Origin: Sphaerochaetaceae bacterium
Lineage (GTDB): Bacteria > Spirochaetota > Spirochaetia > Sphaerochaetales > Sphaerochaetaceae
Reading direction: 5' to 3'
Length of the DNA: 38,748 nt
Assembly: GCA_963598715.1 (NCBI GenBank)
Contig: CAVBWE010000041.1
Span: 1-38,748 of the forward strand
Made by a program: the position numbers and the translations under genes. A model generated the notes under the pieces. That model was not told where the DNA came from. It ran no database searches and saw nothing but the letters and a program-made list of their open reading frames with translations. Below are positions 8,251 through 16,958 of this stretch, in pieces; position 1 is the stretch's first letter, and every line of letters begins with the position of its first letter.

Positions 8251-9006
8251 ATGAAGAAAATCATCATGACAGCACTTGTCTCCCTGCTTGCGCTCTCACT
8301 TCTCTCGGCACAGGCTGCAGCAGAAAAGACGGAGGAGAAGGTTTATACGGTCGCGGTAAGCTGTGACTATCCGCCGCTTGAATATATCGATGACAACGGA
8401 AATCCCGCAGGATATGAAGTGGAGCTGATTCAGCTGGCAGCGGCTGAGGCAGGAATAAAGGTACAGATTGCAAACGTTTCATTCGACGGAATCATAGCGG
8501 GCATTCAGGGCGGACAGTATGATATCGGAGCAAGCGGACTCACTGTCACGGACGAAAGAAAGCAGACGGTCGACTTTACGTCTCCGATTCTCCAGTTTGC
8601 ACTCTCGATCGTAACAAGGAACGACAACTCGGACATACACTCGGATGCCGACCTCGAGGGAAAGAAGGTTGGAGTCCAGCTCGGCACGACATGCCAGTTT
8701 GCATGTGAGGACCTTGGACTTACACCCTTCACATACGACGAGGCACCGTCAGCTGTACTCGACCTTGCAAACGGCAATCTCGATGCAGTCGTACTCGACT
8801 CCGTCGTCGCAGAAGACTTCGTCCTCGAGAACGAAAGCTACTCGAAGGTTCTGAAGATTGCCGGTTCATTCGAGAATTCCGATGACATGGCAATGGCCGT
8901 GAAGAAGGGAAACACAGCTCTTCTTGAACTTCTTGACAGCGGACTGAAGAAAGTCGAGGAAAGCGGAAAGAAGGCAGAACTCAAGGCTAAGTACGGTCTC
9001 AACTGA
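8251..9006 (+). CDS. Amino-acid ABC transporter substrate-binding protein (family 3)
   Basis: Start moved to ATG 8251, which has the RBS AAAGGAAG and the signal peptide MKKIIMTALVSLLALSLLSAQAAA. Body motifs PPLEYIDDNGNPAGYEVEL, FDGIIAGIQGGQYDIGASGLTVTDERK and VDFTSP are typical of polar amino-acid binding proteins. Confidence 0.85.
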   Translation: MKKIIMTALVSLLALSLLSAQAAAEKTEEKVYTVAVSCDYPPLEYIDDNGNPAGYEVELIQLAAAEAGIKVQIANVSFDGIIAGIQGGQYDIGASGLTVTDERKQTVDFTSPILQFALSIVTRNDNSDIHSDADLEGKKVGVQLGTTCQFACEDLGLTPFTYDEAPSAVLDLANGNLDAVVLDSVVAEDFVLENESYSKVLKIAGSFENSDDMAMAVKKGNTALLELLDSGLKKVEESGKKAELKAKYGLN

Positions 9007-9027
9007 CCGTCTGCTGGCAGACTCTCC

Positions 9028-9060
9028 GGTCAGAGGGCATCTTTCCCTCTGACCTTTTGC
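9028..9060 (+). terminator. Intra-operon hairpin/terminator between the binding-protein and permease genes
   Basis: GGTCAGAGGG (9028-9037) and CCCTCTGACC (9045-9054) form a perfect 10-bp stem with a 7-nt loop, followed by TTTTGCC. Confidence 0.55.
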
Positions 9061-9076
9061 CGTACAAGGAACTCTC

Positions 9077-9904
9077 ATGTATTCAGATAACAACAACAGC
9101 CGTCACACAGGAAACAGGACAGCCCAGAAGAAGGAGAGCACGGTCATCTCGATGACGGACGGGGTTCTCATTCCCAAGAAAGGCAACAGCCATATCTTCA
9201 ACTCATGGCGCCTCACGTTCTACGGTTCGGTTTTTCTTCTCGTGGTACTCTGTCTTGCAAACAGGGAAGTCTACTGGAAAATCTTCGTCTATACGGTAAA
9301 AGGTATTCCAACAACCTTCGAGTGTACGATATTCGCCATTATCGGGGCAGTAATCATCGGAATCCTGACCGGTCTCGGCTCCTCTTCGAAGAACCGCCTC
9401 GTAAACCAGATCTGCGGAGTCTATGTGGAGCTTATAAGGGGAATACCGCTGCTGGTTCAGCTGATGTTCCTGTACTATGCACTGGGATCCCTTATACACA
9501 TTGACGGTATCGTCGCGGCAATAATAGCCCTCTCCATCTGCTTCGGCGCCTACATGGGTGAAATAATAAGAGCCGGCATACAGTCCATTCCAAGAGGACA
9601 GACGGAAGCGGCAATTGCTCTCGGACTCTCGAAAGGCCAGACATTCATCCACGTCATTCTCCCGCAGACAATCAAGGTCGTACTCCCTGCCATCGGCAAT
9701 GAGTTCATCTCGATGCTCAAGGACTCGTCACTTGTCTCGATTCTGGCACTTTCCGACATTCTCAAAAGGGGCCGCGAGTACATATCGCGTACATTCCTGT
9801 CTCTTCAGACGATGCTTATAGTCGCTCTGATATATCTTATTCTCACACTCATTCTCTCCCGTCTCGTCGGTCTCATGGAGGATAAACTGCATAAAAATGG
9901 CTAA
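9077..9904 (+). CDS. Amino-acid ABC transporter permease (HisM/GlnP family)
   Basis: EAA-loop motif [23 protein letters not shown] and multiple TM segments. AAGGA RBS 7 nt upstream of ATG 9077. The ~60-aa N-terminal extension leaves the start somewhat uncertain. Confidence 0.85.
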   Translation: MYSDNNNSRHTGNRTAQKKESTVISMTDGVLIPKKGNSHIFNSWRLTFYGSVFLLVVLCLANREVYWKIFVYTVKGIPTTFECTIFAIIGAVIIGILTGLGSSSKNRLVNQICGVYVELIRGIPLLVQLMFLYYALGSLIHIDGIVAAIIALSICFGAYMGEIIRAGIQSIPRGQTEAAIALGLSKGQTFIHVILPQTIKVVLPAIGNEFISMLKDSSLVSILALSDILKRGREYISRTFLSLQTMLIVALIYLILTLILSRLVGLMEDKLHKNG

Positions 9905-10640
9905 GATCGAAATAAAGAATGTATACAAGGACTACGAGAACAACGACGGCACGGTTCTCCATGCAGTAAAGAATGTCTCCCTTACCGTGAACGACGGTGA
10001 AGTCGTCGTCATAATCGGCCCTTCCGGATCCGGAAAATCCACCCTCCTCAGAACTGTCAACGGCATCGAAAAGGCTCAGGAAGGTCAGATTCTCATCGAC
10101 GGAGTCGACATAATGGATAGCTCTACCGACATAAGAAAGATAAGGGAGGAAGTCGGAATGGTCTTCCAGTCATTCAACCTCTTTCCGCACCTTTCTGTCA
10201 TCGACAACATAATACTTGCCCCGATGAAGGTAAAGAAGATGAGCCGGGAAGAAGCAACGGAAAAAGGCATGGCCCTGCTGAAAAGGGTTGGACTCGAGGA
10301 CAAGGCGAAACAGAAGCCCGGACAGCTCTCGGGCGGTCAGCAGCAGAGGGTCGCCATTGCCCGTGCCCTTGCGATGGAACCGAAGGCCATGCTCTTCGAT
10401 GAACCGACATCTGCCCTTGATCCCGAGATGATAAAGGAAGTGCTTGATGTAATGCTCGCCCTGGCAAAGAGCGGCATGACCATGCTTCTTGTGACTCACG
10501 AAATGGGTTTTGCCCGCGCTGCAGCCGACAAGGTGGTCTTCATGGCGGACGGCGTGGTGATTGAAGAGGGAAAGCCCGAAGAAATGTTCTCTTCTCCGAA
10601 AACCCGGCGTACAAGGGACTTCCTGAATCACATACTCTGA
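9897..10640 (+). CDS. Amino-acid ABC transporter ATP-binding protein (GlnQ-like)
   Basis: Walker [10 protein letters not shown], signature [15 protein letters not shown], Walker [12 protein letters not shown]. Overlaps the permease gene by 8 nt. Confidence 0.9.
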   Translation: MAKIEIKNVYKDYENNDGTVLHAVKNVSLTVNDGEVVVIIGPSGSGKSTLLRTVNGIEKAQEGQILIDGVDIMDSSTDIRKIREEVGMVFQSFNLFPHLSVIDNIILAPMKVKKMSREEATEKGMALLKRVGLEDKAKQKPGQLSGGQQQRVAIARALAMEPKAMLFDEPTSALDPEMIKEVLDVMLALAKSGMTMLLVTHEMGFARAAADKVVFMADGVVIEEGKPEEMFSSPKTRRTRDFLNHIL

Positions 10641-11007
10641 TTCCCGATGGACGGAAGAAAACCGTTTCCCTTTTTTCAGAAGACCTGCAAATCCAAACGG
10701 ACAGAGAAAAATCAGCGACAGGCGGAGACGGAAAAGAACGGAACTTCAGGTTAATCCGGAATGAAACAGGAAGAGAAGGACACAATACTTTCGCTCATTC
10801 TCCGACCTGAATCAGCGCAGATGAGCCTCACAGCGTACGGAGGCCACGGCTACGCAACCTCAGACGCATTTCATGAAAGAGATAACCGGACGACGGGAAA
10901 GGACAGCGGCCCCCGCTTATGCGGAGTATAAAGAAAAAATGATGTTGTAAAAAAAACCACTGGAGGTTTATTCTATAAAGTGTTGAAAGAGGTGGAGGAG
11001 ACACACG

Positions 11008-12732
11008 ATGAGGAAAACACTTACGATATCGATGATAGTACTGATGGCAATGATGCTGTCCGTATCATGCGAAATACCAAGTAAGGAGGAAACCCTCCAG
11101 CGCCTCGTTTCCATCGAGTATGGCGGAGAAGTCATAAGTACTGTACCTGTACAGGCCGGTGAGGAGTATACCCTTCCGTATGAAGTCGACGGTATTGATG
11201 ACCTCACGGGATGGAATATAGACGGCATATCATATGACGTGGGCGAAACGATAAAAATCACTTCCGACATTACGATCGTAGCCGTTACAAAGACAGAAGT
11301 TCCGGTGACGGTCTATGACCTTGAAGTCATAATCATCGAACTGAAGAACGGCCAGTTGAAATTCAATCTCCCGGACAAGCCGAAGAGAGACGGCTACGAG
11401 TTCGATGGCTGGGATGTAAGCGGTACCACGAAAAACCCCGGGGATGAGGTCACTTACAAGAAGGGTATGACCATTAAGGCCCTGTGGACAAAGATCTACA
11501 GAATCACATACGACGCCAACGGGGGCACCGGAAGCGTCAGCCCGAAAACAATCCGTGAAGACAGCGCCGCCGTATCGGTATCATCTGCAGAGGGGCTTGA
11601 AAGGAATTATCTCGTGTTCACTTCATGGAATACAAAGCCTGACGGTACCGGAGAGAAATATATGCCCGGCGACAAGTACATGCAGAAGGCGGACATAACA
11701 CTCTATGCCATGTGGGCGGAAAAGATAACAGTCACATACTACGACGGAACAAGAAAATTGAAGGAAGTCAATGATGCTCCTGAGAATATCAGGCTCTGGG
11801 ACGGGATTAACGATGACGGAACACCGGTTATCCGCGGCAAGGCTCTCGACGGCTGGTATTCGGAGGACAATGGAGGCGGTACCTATTACACTGAAATTGC
11901 AGAACAGAAGTCAGATATCTCCCTTTACGGCCACTTCGTGACCGAAGGCCTCTCATTTTCTCCCAACAGTGATGATACCTACACGGTAAATGTCCAGGAT
12001 GATTCCATTGTCAGTGCAACAGTTCCTGCAGTGTATCACGGGAAAAAGGTAACGGTACTCGGAACCTTCAGCTGTTCCGGAGTCACGGCAGTAACATTTG
12101 AAAAAGCTGAAAACATCATTGCCATGGAAGAAGACCGCTCGTCCTTCATGGGCTGCTCCTCCCTTATGGCAATAGACCTCTCGCAAACGGGTATAAGAAC
12201 AATAGAAAACCAGGCTTTCAGGGGATGTACTTCGCTTATCAGCATCAACCTTCCGCCAGTGCTGGAAACAATTTCAAACAATGCATTCACAAACTGTCCA
12301 AAGCTTGAAAGCATAACGCTTCCGGCGGGTCTGACTACAATAGGGGCAGAGGCTTTCAGCAGAAGCGGGCTTAAAACAGTTATGATTCCGGAAAATGTTA
12401 CTCTGATCGGGCCCAAGGCTTTCCTTGAATGTGCATCACTTGAAACCGTTGAAATCAGGGGAAAAGTGAAGAGTCTGCTGGAGCAGGTTTTCGGCAGCTG
12501 TACAAAACTTACCTCTCTTACTCTTCCGGAGGCGCTGGAAACCATTTCCAGGAGGGTGATCTATAATACTCCCCTTCTTACCTCAATAACCGTCCCGAAG
12601 AATATAAAAACCATAGACGGAAGTGCTTTTGAAAAATCAAGCCTGACGGCAATTCATTTTGAATCGTCCTCAATCCCGAGCGGAAAGCCATGGGGGGCAT
12701 CATCAGGAGTAAAAGTAGATAACAAGGTCTGA
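11008..12732 (+). CDS. Surface lipoprotein with Listeria-Bacteroides (InlB B-type) repeats and a C-terminal BspA-type leucine-rich repeat domain
   Basis: Signal peptide plus lipobox-like MAMMLSVSC. Repeats of the G(Y/W)xFxGW...G type (GYEFDGWDVSGTT, FTSWNTKPDGTGEKY, LDGWYSEDNGGGTYY). The C-terminal half has ~23-aa LRRs (I.NNAF.NC.KLESITLP..LTTIG..AF). GGAGGAG RBS. Confidence 0.8.
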   Translation: MRKTLTISMIVLMAMMLSVSCEIPSKEETLQRLVSIEYGGEVISTVPVQAGEEYTLPYEVDGIDDLTGWNIDGISYDVGETIKITSDITIVAVTKTEVPVTVYDLEVIIIELKNGQLKFNLPDKPKRDGYEFDGWDVSGTTKNPGDEVTYKKGMTIKALWTKIYRITYDANGGTGSVSPKTIREDSAAVSVSSAEGLERNYLVFTSWNTKPDGTGEKYMPGDKYMQKADITLYAMWAEKITVTYYDGTRKLKEVNDAPENIRLWDGINDDGTPVIRGKALDGWYSEDNGGGTYYTEIAEQKSDISLYGHFVTEGLSFSPNSDDTYTVNVQDDSIVSATVPAVYHGKKVTVLGTFSCSGVTAVTFEKAENIIAMEEDRSSFMGCSSLMAIDLSQTGIRTIENQAFRGCTSLISINLPPVLETISNNAFTNCPKLESITLPAGLTTIGAEAFSRSGLKTVMIPENVTLIGPKAFLECASLETVEIRGKVKSLLEQVFGSCTKLTSLTLPEALETISRRVIYNTPLLTSITVPKNIKTIDGSAFEKSSLTAIHFESSSIPSGKPWGASSGVKVDNKV

Positions 12733-12918
12733 TAGTGCAGGGCAGGAAAAGCTCAGTCCTCAAGATAGTGGCAAAGCGGAAGGCATAAAGACAGCCCGGC
12801 AGCAGAAAAGTGAATTCAGACCGGGCTCCCTGCAGGATATGACGTAAAGTCTCAACACAAATCACCGGAGGTCCGTCTTCCGGCATTTCAGCGGGTCAGA
12901 ACTCCTGGCAGGGGGCCG

Positions 12919-14148
12919 CTAAAAAGCCCATTCTCCGTTCTCTATCAGCTTGAACCGCCTTTTATCCCTTGTAAACGCTTCGATACAGAGAGAGGGTGAA
13001 CCGACCATGAAGTCGATATGAATGGAAGAATCATTCACACCTTTTTCCCGGAGTTCTTCCCTGCTCAGCTCCCCGTATCCCCTGACTGCGCTGTCGTAGC
13101 CGGCACCGAAGGCGATGTGGCACGTCGCGTTCTCGTCAAGAAGCGAATTGTAATATACCACTCCCGATTTTCTTACGGGGGAGGAATCGGGAACAAGGGC
13201 ACACTCTCCGATATATGAGGCACCCTCATCCATCGTAAGGAGTTTTCCCAGAAGCTCCTCGTTCTTTTGAGCTTTCCACTCGACAGCCTTTCCATTTCTG
13301 AACCGGATATGGAAATTCTCTATGAGAATACCGTTATATGAGAGGGGCATCGTGGAATATACAATACCCTCAGCCCTTCCTTTCATGGGTGTCGTGAAGC
13401 ACTCCTCTGTAGGAATATTCGGCTGGAAAGAAACACTTCTCCTGCCGATTGTCATCTCACTTCCTCCCTCGAAGACGGAATCTTCCATCAGGCCTACCGT
13501 AAGGTCAGTGCCTTCCTTCGAAGTATAATGGAGAAAATCAATGCCCAGGGAATTGAGGTAGGAGCATCTCTTCTTGAGGTCCGCGTCATGTGCTTTCCAT
13601 TCTTCAACGGGGTCGGATGTTATTCTTGAACAGAAGAGAATCTTCTGCCAGAGTCTTTCGACGGCAGCACGGGAGGACAGTTCAGGAAAGAGTTTTTTCG
13701 CCCATTTCCTGCCCGGAACAGTTGCAATGCACCACTGATACATCCCATCAGACTCGTCAAGGTACTTCTTCATCCTCCCCAGTCTCTTCGCCCTGGCTGA
13801 AGCCATCTTGACCTTATCAACATCCTCGAAAGCCGTCGGATCATCGGAGTCGAGAAAGAGAATGCACGGAAGTTTTTCCGTTCTGCTTTTCAATTTCTCG
13901 ATTTCCCACTTTTCAACCTTAGAAAGGCTTTCCAGTGTACGGTAATCATACGAGAGCCTTTCGCTGTCCTGGTTCATCCACTCGATTCTTACTTCGGAAG
14001 CTCCCTTTCTGTAGCACTCCTCAGCCACAAGAACGGCAAAGGCGTCGTTTTCAGTTGATGCAGAGATTATTACGCTCTGCCCGCTCTGCACATTCAGTCC
14101 GCTCACGGCAAGAAGACGGGCATATTTCTGAAGGACACTCCTTTTCAT
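12919..14148 (-). CDS. Aminopeptidase, M29 family (AmpS/PepS-like)
   Basis: 409-aa ORF. The N-terminus LQKYARLLAVSGLNVQSGQSVIISASTENDAFAVLVAEECYRKGA and overall length match the thermophilic-metalloprotease (M29) family. Confidence 0.85.
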   Translation of the reverse strand: MKRSVLQKYARLLAVSGLNVQSGQSVIISASTENDAFAVLVAEECYRKGASEVRIEWMNQDSERLSYDYRTLESLSKVEKWEIEKLKSRTEKLPCILFLDSDDPTAFEDVDKVKMASARAKRLGRMKKYLDESDGMYQWCIATVPGRKWAKKLFPELSSRAAVERLWQKILFCSRITSDPVEEWKAHDADLKKRCSYLNSLGIDFLHYTSKEGTDLTVGLMEDSVFEGGSEMTIGRRSVSFQPNIPTEECFTTPMKGRAEGIVYSTMPLSYNGILIENFHIRFRNGKAVEWKAQKNEELLGKLLTMDEGASYIGECALVPDSSPVRKSGVVYYNSLLDENATCHIAFGAGYDSAVRGYGELSREELREKGVNDSSIHIDFMVGSPSLCIEAFTRDKRRFKLIENGEWAF

Positions 14149-14152
14149 CGGA

Positions 14153-14437
14153 TCATACTCCTGCCGCCCGGAAGAAAAGGAAGAGGATAACGGCCTGAAG
14201 AATCATCATGAGGGGAAAGAAGAGCACAAAATACCAGTGCTTGGTCTTGTGGTCCATCACAACCATCCCCAGTGTTGCGCCGAATCCTCCGAAAAGTCCC
14301 GCCACGAGAAAAAGCTTCTTCTCCGGAACTCTCCACTTCCCTTCCCGGGCCCTCTTCTTGTCATAGGCCATGATAAGGAATGCATTGACATTCGCTATTA
14401 CAAGTAAAACTATTATTACAGCAGTGCGTATAGACAT
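14153..14437 (-). CDS. DUF1294 family small membrane protein
   Basis: 94 aa. AYDKKRAREGKWRVPEKKLFLVAGLFGGFGATLGMVVMDHKTKHWYF is the DUF1294 signature region, with 3 hydrophobic segments. Confidence 0.75.
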   Translation of the reverse strand: MSIRTAVIIVLLVIANVNAFLIMAYDKKRAREGKWRVPEKKLFLVAGLFGGFGATLGMVVMDHKTKHWYFVLFFPLMMILQAVILFLFFRAAGV

Positions 14438-14446
14438 ATTGCCCCC

Positions 14447-15223
14447 CTATTCTCTTCCCTTTTTCTTCATGCTCCCCGCATCGGGAAGCGAATTCCACTC
14501 CGTCCTCACGCACTCCTCGACCTTTCCCGCAAGGTTCTTCCTCTCCTCGTCGCCGAGCTCTGCAGTCTCCACAGCAGGAAGAAACGATATATATATGTCG
14601 ACCCTTCCGAAAAATGATGCATTTTCAAGAAGATACCTGTCATTTTTTATCGCAACGGGAATAACTGGAGAAAGTGTTCTCTCCGCAATCTTGAATGCGC
14701 CGTTCTTGAAGCTTCCGATTTTTCCGCTGCGGCTTCTTGTGCCTTCCGGAAAGACGACAAGGGACCTGCCTTCCTCAATCGTCGAGCAGCCCTTTCTCAC
14801 GGCCTCAACTATGCTGTGGGCTCCCTTTCTGTCGATTTCAATGCACCCGAGGGATCTCAGGCAGCCATGTATTACCGGAATACGGAAAAGCTCCTTCTTT
14901 GCCATCATTGCAGGAAAACGGCCGAGAGAGGCATAAAAGAGAGGAACATCGAGAAGAGAGTTATGGTTCGGAGCATAGACTACGCTCTTTCCTTCCTCCA
15001 GGACATTCTCTCTTCCCTTCACATGAATTCTCCCCCCGAGGAAGAAAAGGATGATGTGGCAGAGAACATAGTAGAGTGCATGTGATACCCTCTCTGCCGT
15101 CTTCTTCATTCCGAAAAGGCTTAAAATGCGGAACAGCAGAATTCCGATAAGCGCAAGAGAGAATGACGGAATAATGAATACTGCCCCGAAAAGGATGCGC
15201 AGGAACTTTATTATACTTTTCAT
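14447..15223 (-). CDS. plsC: 1-acyl-sn-glycerol-3-phosphate acyltransferase
   Basis: HX4D motif (APNHNSLLDVP) and FPEGTRS motif. Start set at ATG 15223 (MKSIIKFLRILFG...), 1 nt after the upstream gene's stop, rather than ORF start 15268, which would overlap by 44 nt. Confidence 0.8.
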   Translation of the reverse strand: MKSIIKFLRILFGAVFIIPSFSLALIGILLFRILSLFGMKKTAERVSHALYYVLCHIILFFLGGRIHVKGRENVLEEGKSVVYAPNHNSLLDVPLFYASLGRFPAMMAKKELFRIPVIHGCLRSLGCIEIDRKGAHSIVEAVRKGCSTIEEGRSLVVFPEGTRSRSGKIGSFKNGAFKIAERTLSPVIPVAIKNDRYLLENASFFGRVDIYISFLPAVETAELGDEERKNLAGKVEECVRTEWNSLPDAGSMKKKGRE

Positions 15224-15224
15224 T

Positions 15225-16958
15225 TCACTTGATGGAATAGAGTCTGTAGTAGAGGCCCTTTCTTTCAAGAAGTTCCCCGTGCTTTCCGCTTTCCTCTATT
15301 CTTCCCCCGTTTATAACGAATATTTCATCACTGTCGATTATAGTCGACAGTCTGTGAGCAATGACTATGCTTGTCCTTCCCTTTGCAAGGCGGTTGAAGG
15401 CGTCGGAAATCAGGGCCTCGCTCTCGGTATCGAGAGAACTCGTCGCCTCGTCAAAGATGAGGATCGGAGGGTCCTTGAGAAATACGCGCGCTATGCTGAG
15501 ACGCTGCTTCTGTCCTCCTGAGAGTCTTGTTCCCCTTTCCCCGACCTCGGTATCGAGTCCGGACGGAAGAGACGAGACAAAGCCTGCCATATCGGCTTTC
15601 TCAAGCGCACTCCATATCTCGTCATCTGTGGCATCAGATTTTCCGTAGAGAAGATTCTCCCTTATCGTAGCATCAAAAAGAAAGACATCCTGCTGCACGA
15701 ATCCGATGCTGTTTCTCAGCGATTCCTGAGTAACGGTGTCTATTTCCTGTCCGTCTATGGTAATCGAACCGCCGCTCTTCTCGTAGAAGCGTGCAAGAAG
15801 GGAGACAGCGGTACTTTTTCCCGCCCCGCTTTCTCCGACAAGTGCAACTCTTTTCCCGCCGTCTATCTTCATCGAGAATCCGTCGAGAACTCTTTCATCT
15901 TCACCCTCATACCGGAATGAGACATCGGAAAATACTATGTCCCCCTTTGTAACGTTAAGGGGAACAGCATCAGGCCTGTCGGAAATTTCAGGCATGACTG
16001 ACATGATTTCCTCGAAGCGCTCGAATGATGAGATTCCCTGTGTGAACTGCTCCGTGAAGTTTATCAGCCTGTCTATCGGAGGAATGACGACAGATACATA
16101 GAGGACAAAGGCCGCGAGGTCCTCAACCGTCACGTATCCCCTGATTATCAGCACGATCCCTCCCGCTACGGTTATGAAGTAATAGAGATCCCTCATAAAC
16201 GAAATTCCCGTCTGATAGGATGCCATTTCGGTATACATATCCTGACGGCTCTTCCTGAGGTCTATGTCCTTTTCACGGAATTTCCTTTCCTGCATCTCCT
16301 CTCCGGAGAACGACTTCACTTCCCTTATCCCCTGGATGGAATTCTCTGCAGTGACATTAATCTGGGCTATGGTCTTCCTTATGGCCCTGTTCGTTCTCTT
16401 GAGGCGGCGGTTGAAGACTATTCCATATACGGCCATCAGAGGAAGAGGTATGACCGAGACAAGAGCAAGGGGAGTACTGAGATTGAACATCAGTATGTAT
16501 GCCCCCGCAATGGTCAGAAGCGAAATCAATGCATCCTCCGGACAGTGATGAGCAACCTCCGCAATGCTGAAGAGGTCATTGGAAATCCGGCTCATTATGT
16601 CACCGGTCTTGTTCTTGTCGAAGTATGAAAACGAAAGCTTCTGCAGATGATGAAAGAGATTCTCCCTCATGTCATTCTCGATCCATACACCAAGGAAATG
16701 GCCCCATTTTATCCTTATGTGGGTACAGACTGCACTCAGCACATACAGGCAGAACACGAGAGAAAGATAGAATATGACTTTCCCCATCATGTCCGGAGAC
16801 GGAGTCTTGATGAGGGAAAGGACCTTTCTCACAAAATAGGGAGCAAAAATCGACAGAAGCGATGCTGCAGATGCAGCAGTCATGTCAAGAAGAAACCATC
16901 CCTTATAGGGACGGTAATATGAAATGAAGTCCTTGAGAAGATTCTTTCCTTCACGCAT
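15225..16958 (-). CDS. ABC exporter, fused transmembrane and ATP-binding domains (MsbA/lipid or multidrug exporter-like)
   Basis: Six N-terminal TM segments, then Walker A GESGAGKST, signature LSGGQKQRLSIARV, Walker B LIFDEATSSLD. Start set at ATG 16958 (MREGKNLLKDFISYYRPYKGW), which overlaps the helicase stop as ATGCGTGA. Confidence 0.85.
   Translation of the reverse strand: MREGKNLLKDFISYYRPYKGWFLLDMTAASAASLLSIFAPYFVRKVLSLIKTPSPDMMGKVIFYLSLVFCLYVLSAVCTHIRIKWGHFLGVWIENDMRENLFHHLQKLSFSYFDKNKTGDIMSRISNDLFSIAEVAHHCPEDALISLLTIAGAYILMFNLSTPLALVSVIPLPLMAVYGIVFNRRLKRTNRAIRKTIAQINVTAENSIQGIREVKSFSGEEMQERKFREKDIDLRKSRQDMYTEMASYQTGISFMRDLYYFITVAGGIVLIIRGYVTVEDLAAFVLYVSVVIPPIDRLINFTEQFTQGISSFERFEEIMSVMPEISDRPDAVPLNVTKGDIVFSDVSFRYEGEDERVLDGFSMKIDGGKRVALVGESGAGKSTAVSLLARFYEKSGGSITIDGQEIDTVTQESLRNSIGFVQQDVFLFDATIRENLLYGKSDATDDEIWSALEKADMAGFVSSLPSGLDTEVGERGTRLSGGQKQRLSIARVFLKDPPILIFDEATSSLDTESEALISDAFNRLAKGRTSIVIAHRLSTIIDSDEIFVINGGRIEESGKHGELLERKGLYYRLYSIK

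Noticed and set aside
10761-10931. Small ORFs in the 366-bp gap before the LRR lipoprotein gene (about 56 aa from ATG 10761; about 35 aa from 10646)
   Set aside because: Neither has a convincing RBS or a recognisable motif, and the composition is unremarkable. They cannot be supported from sequence alone.
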